From contig CAYYMZ010000002.1 in assembly GCA_964473025.1 (NCBI GenBank), positions 3,241 to 67,240 of the forward strand: DNA of 64,000 bases. The letters run 5' to 3'. Position numbers and translations under genes: made by a program. Positions 37,382-46,278 of the stretch are shown here, in pieces. This stretch comes from an uncultured Candidatus Saccharibacteria bacterium (GTDB taxonomy: Bacteria; Patescibacteriota; UBA1384; DTJR01). Position 1 is the first letter of the stretch; each line of letters opens with the position of its first letter. The notes beneath the pieces are model-generated. The model made no database searches and was not told where the DNA came from. It saw only the letters and a program-made list of their open reading frames with translations.

Positions 37382-37446
37382 TTCAGTGGTAGAATGCGAT
37401 CTTGCCAAGATCGAGGTCGGCGGTTCGAATCCGCTCACCCGCTCCA
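37372..37446 (+). tRNA. tRNA-Gly(GCC)
   Basis: cgatc-TT GCC AA-gatcg, TTCGAAT, UCCA end. Confidence 0.96.
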
Positions 37447-37604
37447 GAAAAATGAATTTAAACAAAGCCGCCAAAAGCGGTCTTTATCCCACACCCTTTT
37501 ACATAAAAGGATGATGGGATTTCGCTCCCGAGATACATAGTAATAGGTTTATGATCCTGCGAAGGGAGCTTTATTTTTGCCCTAAACCTGATACAATTTT
37601 AGAT

Positions 37605-37964
37605 ATGGAAATACCCGAAGAAGCAAAAACTTTACTGGCAAAAGGCGATGTATATTTTGCAACAACTGACGGGCTTTGGCCCAACATCACTATCACCGCA
37701 AGTGGGGTTGTGATATCCGAAGACGAACTTTTGATTAGTGACTGCGCGATGACAAAGGCAAAAGAAAATATTCTAAAAAATCCAAATTGTTGCATTGAGG
37801 CGTATGACCCAAAAATCGAAGTTGGATATAAGGCATTCGGAAAAGCTACATACCATAGCGAAAAAGAAAAGGTTGACATCGCGAAAAAACGGCTTGAGGG
37901 AGAACCATTTGAACCTAAGGGTGCGGTTATTATAAAAATAGATAAAATTTTTAAAGTAGAATAA
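37605..37964 (+). CDS. Pyridoxamine 5'-phosphate oxidase-like FMN-binding protein
   Basis: FAT....PN, K.KENI..NP, GY...G.A, PKGAVII....I. Confidence 0.85.
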   Translation: MEIPEEAKTLLAKGDVYFATTDGLWPNITITASGVVISEDELLISDCAMTKAKENILKNPNCCIEAYDPKIEVGYKAFGKATYHSEKEKVDIAKKRLEGEPFEPKGAVIIKIDKIFKVE

Positions 37965-38038
37965 GGCCTGGTGGCGGAGTGGTTACGCAGCGGTCTGCAA
38001 AACCGTTCACGCCGGTTCAATTCCGGCCCAGGCCTCCA
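37965..38038 (+). tRNA. tRNA-Cys(GCA)
   Basis: gcggt-CT GCA AA-accgt, TTCAAT, UCCA end. Confidence 0.96.
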
Positions 38039-38043
38039 CACCC

Positions 38044-38295
38044 ATGTATTATGTATATACTTTAAAATGCGCTAATAATGATTTATATATTGGTAGTTGT
38101 AAGGATTTAAAAATAGGTTCGACCAACATATCATACGGAAAAGTAATATCAACTAGAGGAAAAAGACCTGTTAAGTTGGTTTATTACGAGGCATACTTAA
38201 GTAAGACGTATGCTTTAAAAAGAGAAAAAAGATTGAAAGAGCATAAGGCTAAGTCTGAATTAAAAGAACAAATAGGAATACATGGCCCGGCGTGA
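38044..38295 (+). CDS. Small GIY-YIG nuclease (possibly with compensating internal indels)
   Basis: MYYVYTL...LYIGS..DL, P.KLVYYE......A..RE..LK; the expected R...H segment (RFDQH) lies in another frame. Confidence 0.88.
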   Translation: MYYVYTLKCANNDLYIGSCKDLKIGSTNISYGKVISTRGKRPVKLVYYEAYLSKTYALKREKRLKEHKAKSELKEQIGIHGPA

Positions 38296-38302
38296 GCAGG
38301 TT

Positions 38303-38354
38303 TCACGCGAAGCGTGATCACGCTTCGCGTGACAATTCCGGCCCAGGCCTCCAC
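38303..38354 (+). repeat. Perfect 30-bp palindrome followed by a 22-bp copy of the tRNA-Cys 3' end
   Basis: tcacgcgaagcgtga|tcacgcttcgcgtga then caattccggcccaggcctccac (= 38018-38039). Confidence 0.9.
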
Positions 38355-38425
38355 TTCGTCCCTTTTGGGACTCAGTGTAAACTGTATTCGTCCTTCGAGG
38401 ATTCAGTGTAAACTAAATTTAAATT

Positions 38426-38761
38426 ATGAGTAAAAAAAACAAAAAGAAATTACGAAAGATCTTAAGGCAGCAGGCCCAGCAAGCGGCTATGCACACGGCT
38501 CCTCCCGAAACGCCTGTGCAAAATACCGCTTCAGAAAATGTCGCAAAGACAAGCGTTTCAGCACCTACCGCAGTCACTGAGGTTCAAAAACCGGTATCCG
38601 ATGAAGATTCTAAGGAAGTAAAACATGAAATTCGAAAAATTCTTTTGACGATGTTAATTCTTTTCGCCATCATCGTTGGAGTTTATTTCGTTAACATCAA
38701 AACTGACTTTATTTTGAAACTTGGAGAGTGGGCCACTCACCTCCTCAATATAAATGTCTGA
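38426..38761 (+). CDS. Hypothetical membrane protein
   Basis: Basic N-terminus, low-complexity linker, one TM. Confidence 0.75.
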   Translation: MSKKNKKKLRKILRQQAQQAAMHTAPPETPVQNTASENVAKTSVSAPTAVTEVQKPVSDEDSKEVKHEIRKILLTMLILFAIIVGVYFVNIKTDFILKLGEWATHLLNINV

Positions 38762-38813
38762 AAATAACTCAAAAGGCAAAAATCAAAACCAGATCGGTTT
38801 TTTGACTTATTTT

Positions 38814-40277
38814 CTAGATCCTGTTCCAGGGTCTTTCGGGATGCTTTGAGACAATATAATCAAACCGGTCGATCGAGGCGCCCGTCGTACTGTCGGTTAA
38901 AGGGGTGCCTCCAGTGTAAACCGTATCCTGGGAATCGCCGAACTGGTTTAAACCATTTTTAGCTATCCAGCTCTCAATATTATTCCTTTCCTGTGCGCTT
39001 AAAAGATCGCCCGGAGCAACAATATTTGAACCAGGGAAGATCAGGGCGACTTTTTTTGTTGAGCTAATTGTGAGACCGGAAAACGGATTTAGGGTTGAAT
39101 CTAGAGGTAAAACCTGATATTCGAGCAGGTTCGCCAAATTGTTTTGAACGCCGCTTGAGTCGGTAAACGATTTGTAGGCAACGATATAAGGAACTGATAA
39201 GACCTGGTTATCGATTGCAGCTTTAAGGGAATAGACGTTGCCTGAGGCGCTGCCATCATCGGCGATTTCCCGAACTAATATTTTATCCCCTGATAAAATA
39301 ATTCTCTTAGGATAAGGGTTGCCGATCTGGTTCCAACCGATATTTAGGTTAACGGTATAGGCGTCGTTAATGTTAGTTTCAACCCGGGTTTCGGGAAGCG
39401 AATACTCGCCTCCGGCGCTGTCAAAAATCCAGAATCCCGCTCCCGGTTTGATGTAGCTTGAATTTTCGTCTTTGTTTAAATCAATATACTCGGCGGTTTC
39501 CGATTTATAATAATAAGCCCACCTGTCTTTAAGCGATGAGAGAAATTCCTTGATTGACCCCGGCGTAAAGACGTAAGGCAAGGTAATATAGTTGTAGCCC
39601 GGACGCAATTTAAGATTTGCCTGATCGGCGAGCTTTGCCTGAAAGGACTCGTAACCGACTTGAGTTTGACCGGTGATCTTATCGCACGTCTTAAGCCCCA
39701 AGGTTCCGCAAGAAACCTTTTCGTATTTTGGCAAAAAGTATTTTGCTTCAATTTTAAAATCATTCAGTACTGTTCCCGATATGACCGCATTAACCTGTTG
39801 CGACTTTGTTTGTTTTCCGCCTAACGGCCCGATATTCCAATAAAAACCAGCGGTGTCATCTCTGGCAAACAGGGCCATTTCCGTGGGATTGAGGACTCTC
39901 AAATACCCGGCATCTGTCTCTGAAATATTTTGCACGAGATTGACCGTTTTGGATAAATCAGCACCCTGACTTGCAACCAAAAGATAACCCGGGGGAATAT
40001 CCTTATTTGTCTTGTTTGTTACAGAGATGGTAGCCGATATCTCGTTGCCCGATTTTATTTCTTGGGGGAAACCGCTAATTTCAACGGTCGCGGTAAGCCC
40101 ACTTGACGCCACATCAGCCGAAACGGTTCTAAACTTTAGCGCATAGACAATAACCAATATCAAAACTAATCCAGCAAGAACCCCGATTGTCCAATAAAGT
40201 TTTCTTGGGGTCTTGCGGGATTCTTCTTTTTTTTCGAATTCTGGCGCTACGGGAAGCAGCGCGAAAGGATCCCTCAT
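38814..40277 (-). CDS. Membrane-anchored extracellular protein (Ig-like and L..GWN.I..P repeats)
   Basis: N-terminal TM, LRPGYNYITLP / LNIGWNQIGNPY, C-terminal GLNQFGD...T.Y.GGTPL. Confidence 0.75.
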   Translation of the reverse strand: MRDPFALLPVAPEFEKKEESRKTPRKLYWTIGVLAGLVLILVIVYALKFRTVSADVASSGLTATVEISGFPQEIKSGNEISATISVTNKTNKDIPPGYLLVASQGADLSKTVNLVQNISETDAGYLRVLNPTEMALFARDDTAGFYWNIGPLGGKQTKSQQVNAVISGTVLNDFKIEAKYFLPKYEKVSCGTLGLKTCDKITGQTQVGYESFQAKLADQANLKLRPGYNYITLPYVFTPGSIKEFLSSLKDRWAYYYKSETAEYIDLNKDENSSYIKPGAGFWIFDSAGGEYSLPETRVETNINDAYTVNLNIGWNQIGNPYPKRIILSGDKILVREIADDGSASGNVYSLKAAIDNQVLSVPYIVAYKSFTDSSGVQNNLANLLEYQVLPLDSTLNPFSGLTISSTKKVALIFPGSNIVAPGDLLSAQERNNIESWIAKNGLNQFGDSQDTVYTGGTPLTDSTTGASIDRFDYIVSKHPERPWNRI

Positions 40278-40329
40278 ACAAAATTATTATAGCAGTTAAA
40301 ATCTAAAACGGTAAAGCTAAAAGTACGCT

Positions 40330-40647
40330 TTACAGGGAATATTTCTTAGAATCAAAATATTTTTTAATTGAGAAAATACCCAGGCCGCCCAACAGAGACA
40401 GGCCGATTAAAATATAAACCTCCGGACCAGTTTCGGCATCATCGGTAACGGTCTGGGCGGAAACTTTGGTGGGAGTAACGGTAACAAAAACAGTTGAGGC
40501 CGTAGCCGTTGCCTCGACCGTTGCCGTACCGGTTTCGTCTAGGGTTGGAAAATCAAAACCCGGTGGTTGGGCGCTTTGTGCGTGAGCAAAAAGCACTCCC
40601 AAACCCACAAAAAGAACAACCGCAAGATAAATAGTTATTTTCTTCAT
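40330..40647 (-). CDS. Small secreted protein with sortase-type signal (AETGP-TM-KK)
   Basis: Signal peptide, Thr-rich stretch, DAETGPE, hydrophobic helix, KKYFDSKK; next to sortase. Confidence 0.75.
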   Translation of the reverse strand: MKKITIYLAVVLFVGLGVLFAHAQSAQPPGFDFPTLDETGTATVEATATASTVFVTVTPTKVSAQTVTDDAETGPEVYILIGLSLLGGLGIFSIKKYFDSKKYSL

Positions 40648-40718
40648 CTCTTCTTATAATATTTTACACTATTTTTCGAAACATGGCACCTTGGACAGAA
40701 AGAAGTATTGGCATAAAA

Positions 40719-41375
40719 TTAATCGGATATGGGTTTAGCGATTATTAAAAGCCGCCTTAAGTTTGTACCAACCGGAACACAGGTCATCAGTGTTAACTGC
40801 TCAGAATCCGAGAAGAAATAATCGGCTGCTTTTTTGGGAGAAACCTCCCGTTTTTCTGATACACGATAACGGAATATTTTTCCGTTTGAAGTTATAAGGA
40901 TTTCGTCACCTTCCTGCAATTCGGGCAAAAGCGCAAAGACAGTGTTAAGTCCGCCTTCCCTCCACCAGTAATTTGAACTGTGTCCGGTTATAAAAATGTT
41001 TTTGTTATCCCCCGGTTTGCCCGATCCCGCCAAATGAGCTATTTTTTCACTCAAAGCCCCCATAACGTCGCCGGATGGCGTATCCCAATTAACCGATGTT
41101 TTTACGCCGATTTTGGGAATAATCAGCGAATTGTCCCCCAGTTGATTGACCTCTATTTCTTTGGGAATGGCCGCTTGTGATACAGATTGGGGGTTAGTTT
41201 TAAAACGGTAGATTAATAGATAGGCAGGGAAGTTTATAACCGCAAAAACAAGAGCGGAGAAAAAAAGAATCAAAAATAGATTTGAGAAAACTCGAATAAT
41301 AATGTGTGGCTTTTTGATTCTTTCAGGGTTTTTAATCTCATCCAAATCAAAGCCAACCGAATCAAGTAGAGCCAT
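40719..41375 (-). CDS. Sortase
   Basis: L.IPKIGV, ITGHSS, LTLMTC.P.GT...RL. Confidence 0.93.
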   Translation of the reverse strand: MALLDSVGFDLDEIKNPERIKKPHIIIRVFSNLFLILFFSALVFAVINFPAYLLIYRFKTNPQSVSQAAIPKEIEVNQLGDNSLIIPKIGVKTSVNWDTPSGDVMGALSEKIAHLAGSGKPGDNKNIFITGHSSNYWWREGGLNTVFALLPELQEGDEILITSNGKIFRYRVSEKREVSPKKAADYFFSDSEQLTLMTCVPVGTNLRRLLIIAKPISD

Positions 41376-42411
41376 TTTGGATCTGCATTAGCTTCTCTTT
41401 CTGGAAACTCCTGAAACCGAAAAAACCGATTAAAAATGGTATCCAGAATGTCAGGAGGCGATATCCCAATACGCAAATTGTCGCTAGTTCCACGGGTATA
41501 CCGAAGTTCGTTAGAACAACAATCATCAAGGCCTCTACAACACCCAGCCCATTTGGGGTAATGGAAATTAAAGAAAACAAAACGGAGATCGCGTAAACGC
41601 TGATTAAGACGCCCGGGTAAATAGGAAATTGGAAAGCCAGAAATATGTAATAAAGCGTTAGAAGATCGATAATTTCAATTAAAATAACATGGAAAATCGG
41701 TAGCCAAAGACCGCGAAGACGCTTTTGGATAATTTTAAGACAGTTGTTAATTTCGTGGCTTAATATGCTGATGTCTTCTTTCGAAATCCAAGCTCTACGG
41801 CCTAAGATAAGACGTGCAAAAAAGTTAAAAAGTGAGGCGAAAAATTGGAACAATTTGTGCAGTCGCGCTGCTTCGCCGGCAGTAACCGCCAAAAAAACCA
41901 GCATGAAAAAAATCATCCCGAAAAGGACTGAGGCGGTAACGATTTGATATTGATAGAGCTGATGGTTAAACATCAGGTAAAAAAGACCGAACAGGAGGAC
42001 CAGCAAAAAAACGCCGTAAAGGAGAAAATAGGAAAATATACTAACAAACGTAGCCCGCGATTTTGTCATGCCCTGCTCCTTAGCCTTCGAGACAAAAACA
42101 GCCATGCCCGATAGTCCTCCGGTCGGTGCGATCAGGTTGACAAAATTCGCCGAGACAGTTAAAATCACCCATTTTTTTAGTTTGTCTTTCGCTCCGAAAT
42201 AATCATAGAGTGCCTGATAATAAGCGCCTTTGTTGATGATGCCTAAAAGCTGAATCAACAGCGCCGCCCCTAGAAAATAAATCGAACCGTGTGACAGGGT
42301 CTCGATTGCATCTTGCAATGTTCCAAATTTAAGGACAAAAACAATGATAAAAATAATTGAAACGGCAATAAACAGGATCCGATAAAAAAGGTGTTTTGAT
42401 TCAGTTTTCAT
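41362..42411 (-). CDS. Lysylphosphatidylglycerol synthase TM / flippase-like (UPF0104) protein
   Basis: N...PTGG.SG, TP.GLGVVE, YRLLTFWIP. Confidence 0.88.
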   Translation of the reverse strand: MKTESKHLFYRILFIAVSIIFIIVFVLKFGTLQDAIETLSHGSIYFLGAALLIQLLGIINKGAYYQALYDYFGAKDKLKKWVILTVSANFVNLIAPTGGLSGMAVFVSKAKEQGMTKSRATFVSIFSYFLLYGVFLLVLLFGLFYLMFNHQLYQYQIVTASVLFGMIFFMLVFLAVTAGEAARLHKLFQFFASLFNFFARLILGRRAWISKEDISILSHEINNCLKIIQKRLRGLWLPIFHVILIEIIDLLTLYYIFLAFQFPIYPGVLISVYAISVLFSLISITPNGLGVVEALMIVVLTNFGIPVELATICVLGYRLLTFWIPFLIGFFGFRSFQKEKLMQIQNGST

Positions 42412-43099
42412 TTTTGAATATAACCGTTAAAAATCTGATTTTATCATCTTTGGGGGTTCTTCTGGCGCTAAAGAATCTGCCATCTTCAAAAGTGTCGATA
42501 CCGCAATCAACTATATTTTCCGCTTTTATACCTATTTCTTCAAGCTCGGCGCATGTGGCGGCCGTTTGATCAAAATGGATTCTACCTTCGATTTCAGGCA
42601 TAAACCTTGCCCACTTTGTATCTTTTAAACCACTGGTCGTTTCGGGTAACAGATTATAACTTGCAACACGAATATGCGGGCCTAAAAAAACACGTAGGTT
42701 ATTCGGGTCAGAAGCACATTTATTAAGAATATTTAATAAGCTCTCTGACAAAATTCCTCCGACAATACTCTTTCGTCCCGCATGAATGGCTCCGATTAAC
42801 TTTGTTTCGGGATCGTAAATCATTACCGGAACACAGTCAGCGGTTTTCACTGCAAGCGTTAGATTTTCACGCGTTACGATGCCGTCAACGTTTTCGTACA
42901 AGCCCCCATGATCAATAAGAATAATCCTGTTTTCATGAATCTGCGTCATATGACAAAGCGCCGGTTTGGCACCCGTTTTATTTAAAAACTTCTTGGCATT
43001 TTGACGGCCTTCCTCGGTTCCCATAGCCATAATCCCATCAGAAATTTCGCTTGAGAAAATGGATACTCTGGCAAAATCTTGAGGGAGGTTATATTTCAT
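42401..43099 (-). CDS. pgeF: YfiH/PgeF family purine nucleoside phosphorylase
   Basis: QIH, DG.VT, TADCVPV, IHAG, FFS.RR. Confidence 0.9.
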   Translation of the reverse strand: MKYNLPQDFARVSIFSSEISDGIMAMGTEEGRQNAKKFLNKTGAKPALCHMTQIHENRIILIDHGGLYENVDGIVTRENLTLAVKTADCVPVMIYDPETKLIGAIHAGRKSIVGGILSESLLNILNKCASDPNNLRVFLGPHIRVASYNLLPETTSGLKDTKWARFMPEIEGRIHFDQTAATCAELEEIGIKAENIVDCGIDTFEDGRFFSARRTPKDDKIRFLTVIFKNEN

Positions 43100-44666
43100 C
43101 GTTTTTATCCTTAACCCTGTATTGTAGTGCCTCGGCAATATGCGCCTCACTTATATCTTTGCATTTTTCTAAATCGGCAATAGTGCGGGCAACACGAAGG
43201 GTTTTGACATATGCGCGCATCGAAAGTCCGAGTTGGTCAATTGCACCCTCTAAAAGTTCAGTTGATTTTTGCGAGAGCGGAGCAATTTTTTCCAAATCCT
43301 TTTTACTTAGAAGCGCATTGATCCGTTTAACTTTAAGTGAGGATCGCGAGCGTTTAATTTGAAAATCGCGAGCGGATACAACCCTCTTCCGAACCGTTGC
43401 CGAATCTTCTTCCGGATTTCCTTTTTTGTTTATGCGTCGCAGTGGTAAGCGGGGAATATTAAGATGGATATCGATTCTATCTAGTAACGGTCCGGAAATT
43501 TTGCGGTTATAAGACAAAATTTGGGCCATCGTGCAGGTACATTCGTGTTTTTCATCGTTTAGATAACCACAGTGGCATGGGTTCTTGGCAGCGACTAAAA
43601 TGAAATCGGCGGGGAAGCTGATGGTTGATTGAGCCCGGCTAACCGTCACAAATTTATCTTCAAGTGGCTGGCGCAAGGCCTCTAAAACAGAGCGGGGGAA
43701 TTCGGGAAACTCATCTAAAAACAAAACTCCTTTATGAGCAAGAGACACTTCGCCCGGCTTTGGATACGACCCTCCACCGATCATCGCCACCGCTGAGGTG
43801 GTGTGGTGGGGGCAGCGGAAGGGGCGTTCGTAAACAATCGGGTCTTTTTCAGACAGTAATCCGGCAACAGAATAAATTTTGGTAACATCTAAAATCTCCT
43901 CCTCGTCTAGAGGCGGAAGAATCGAAACAATGCTGCGCGACAGAAGGGTTTTGCCTCCTCCGGGTGGACCCTCAAGCAAAATATTATGTCCACCGGCAGC
44001 GGCTATCTCCAGTGCCCGCTTGGCTTGAGCCATCCCCGTTATATTGGCAAAATCAAAATCACCGAAATCCTGATCGGCTTTTGGCTTGGCACCGGAGGTT
44101 ATTATAAAAGGCCCCACTTCGCCAGGGCTTCGCGGGGCAGGGGATTCGTTATTTTTTTCGATAATCGCCCCAACCAGATCTTTCAAGTTTTTTGCCGGAA
44201 ATATTTTAATTTTTGAAATTAAATTTGCCTCTTCCCTATTCGATTCGGGAATAACGAGAGGGGAGTCGGATTTTTTGGAAAATATTGCTGCTTGAATTAC
44301 ACCCTTCACTCTCCTCACCTCTCCCGACAGCGACAATTCGCCTAAAAATATTGTTTTTTTTATTTTTTCATCATTGATCAGTCCGCCGGCGCAGAGGACA
44401 CCTACCGCGATCGGCAAATCATAAATCGGCCCCTCTTTTTTGACATCGGCCGGTGCTAAATTAACCACAATTTTTTTAGGCGGAAAGTGAAAACCGGAGT
44501 TTTTCAGGGCCAATTTAACCCGCTCTTTTGATTCTTCGACTGCTTTATCGGGCAAACCGACAATCGTCAAAGACGGAATCCCCGCCCCAACATCAACTTC
44601 AACTTCTACTAATTGAGCATCAAGCCCAACCGTAACAATTGAGCGAATTTTAGATAATCGTTCCAT
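43089..44666 (-). CDS. comM: ComM/YifB AAA+ ATPase
   Basis: IVGLPD.AV.ES.ERV, VNLAPAD, GPPG.GKT, PGEVSLAH.GVLFLDE, ISGPLLDRID. Confidence 0.95.
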   Translation of the reverse strand: MERLSKIRSIVTVGLDAQLVEVEVDVGAGIPSLTIVGLPDKAVEESKERVKLALKNSGFHFPPKKIVVNLAPADVKKEGPIYDLPIAVGVLCAGGLINDEKIKKTIFLGELSLSGEVRRVKGVIQAAIFSKKSDSPLVIPESNREEANLISKIKIFPAKNLKDLVGAIIEKNNESPAPRSPGEVGPFIITSGAKPKADQDFGDFDFANITGMAQAKRALEIAAAGGHNILLEGPPGGGKTLLSRSIVSILPPLDEEEILDVTKIYSVAGLLSEKDPIVYERPFRCPHHTTSAVAMIGGGSYPKPGEVSLAHKGVLFLDEFPEFPRSVLEALRQPLEDKFVTVSRAQSTISFPADFILVAAKNPCHCGYLNDEKHECTCTMAQILSYNRKISGPLLDRIDIHLNIPRLPLRRINKKGNPEEDSATVRKRVVSARDFQIKRSRSSLKVKRINALLSKKDLEKIAPLSQKSTELLEGAIDQLGLSMRAYVKTLRVARTIADLEKCKDISEAHIAEALQYRVKDKNDEI

Positions 44667-44772
44667 GAGTTTATTATAGCGGAAAAATCATTACTTAAAC
44701 CATTGAATTTATCAAGCCGTAAAGATATAATGTGGGCAGTTGCACCTATCATTCACAGAAGGAAGTGGTAGT

Positions 44773-45249
44773 ATGAGCGGTCGAATTGCCAGGCAGTTAC
44801 TCGTGTCGCACCGCGACGTCAAGGTGATTTTCCGTGAGATCACAGGGAAGAACCCCAGAACAGCCACTGAGCGCATTGTGGTGGATAACGCCACCTTGCT
44901 TCTCGCCAGCGGTCTGGCGAGAACCTTCATCGAGAACTGGGCAGAGCGTAAGCCCAAGGGATACGAAGTCCCGCGAACTTTCTCCGCCGAACTGGATGAG
45001 GCAGCAGTGCAAAATGCCCGTCGGTTCTACCGCAAGACTCTTGGCCGCGATCCCGAAACCTGGGATTGTGGCGTTGTCGAGAATATCTACTACATCCGCA
45101 ACCTTCTCGGCAACGAAGAGGCAAAAGCATACACGCATCGCTGGGATCGCGTGGATGGAGGTAAACCTTGTGGACCGGCACATCAAGAGGAACTGCTCGA
45201 GATCCTCGAAGATCGGGCCAAGGCGCGCCGAATACCCACAGCGCATTAG
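44773..45249 (+). CDS. Hypothetical protein (GC-richer single-gene cassette)
   Basis: Open frame with two similar halves (FREITGKNP.T....VVDN / FYRKTLGRDP.T....VVEN), upstream TATAAT and own terminator. Confidence 0.65.
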   Translation: MSGRIARQLLVSHRDVKVIFREITGKNPRTATERIVVDNATLLLASGLARTFIENWAERKPKGYEVPRTFSAELDEAAVQNARRFYRKTLGRDPETWDCGVVENIYYIRNLLGNEEAKAYTHRWDRVDGGKPCGPAHQEELLEILEDRAKARRIPTAH

Positions 45250-45274
45250 CGGCACAAGATCCACAGCAGGATCC

Positions 45275-45308
45275 AGGGCGGGAGCAGCTGCTCCCGCCCT
45301 TTCTCTTT
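45275..45308 (+). terminator. Intrinsic terminator
   Basis: agggcgggagcagctgctcccgccct followed by ttctcttt. Confidence 0.8.
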
Positions 45309-45342
45309 ATAAATTATTTATTTTGCGCTATGATTTTCTCTT

Positions 45343-46242
45343 ATGAAAGATAAAAAGATTATTGTAATTGTCGGACCGACTGCTTCGGGCAAAACCGCCC
45401 TGGGAGTTGAAATTGCTAAAAAATTCAACGGTGAAATTATTTCGGCTGACTCGAGACAAGTTTACAAGGGGCTAGATATCGGCACCGGCAAAGATCTCAA
45501 AAAATACGGCGACGTTAAATATTATTTAATTGATACTTGTAATCCGGGCGATAAATTTACGCTTTTTGATTGGTTGGAACTGGCCAGAAAAGAAATTGAT
45601 GAAATTTTGTCTCGGGGAAAAATTCCAGTCATAGTCGGTGGGACGGGTTTGTATGTTAAAGCGCTGGTGGAAGGATATCAGATTGGTGAAAGGTTAAAAG
45701 TGAAAAGTGAAAAGTCAAAGAAACAGTACTCAAGGGAATTTTTGGATAAGCAGAGTGTTGAAAAATTGATCAAGATCTTGAAAAAAATAGATCCTGTTTC
45801 GCTTAAAAAAATTGATCAAAAAAATCCGCGGAGATTGGTGCGGGCAATCGAGATTGCACAGGAAGATACACGGCCGGTCAAAATAAAACCCGATTTTGAG
45901 GTATTGCAAATTGGCATCGATCTCACACGAGCGAAACTTTACGAACAGATTGATATGCGTGTCGATCAACGCTTTAAAGAAGGGATGCTTGAGGAAGTGG
46001 CAGGTCTGATTAAAAACGGCATTGATAAAAAATGGCTCTTATCACTTGGTTTAGAATATAAAATTATCGGACAATACATTATTCAAAAATCAAATAGTTT
46101 TGAGCAGATGGCACAGGAACTAAAATTCAAAAGTCACGCCTATGCCAGACGCCAGCTCACCTGGCTTCGAAAACAACCCGACATTAAATGGGTTAAAAAT
46201 TCAAAGGAAGCACAAAAGGTTGTCAAAGGATTTTTAAAATAG
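45343..46242 (+). CDS. miaA: tRNA dimethylallyltransferase
   Basis: GPTASGKT, IISADSRQVY.GLDIGTGK, VGGTGLY, YARRQLTW. Confidence 0.97.
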   Translation: MKDKKIIVIVGPTASGKTALGVEIAKKFNGEIISADSRQVYKGLDIGTGKDLKKYGDVKYYLIDTCNPGDKFTLFDWLELARKEIDEILSRGKIPVIVGGTGLYVKALVEGYQIGERLKVKSEKSKKQYSREFLDKQSVEKLIKILKKIDPVSLKKIDQKNPRRLVRAIEIAQEDTRPVKIKPDFEVLQIGIDLTRAKLYEQIDMRVDQRFKEGMLEEVAGLIKNGIDKKWLLSLGLEYKIIGQYIIQKSNSFEQMAQELKFKSHAYARRQLTWLRKQPDIKWVKNSKEAQKVVKGFLK

Positions 46243-46278
46243 TATTTTGAGAAAGTAAAATTATTCAGGAGGTGCATT

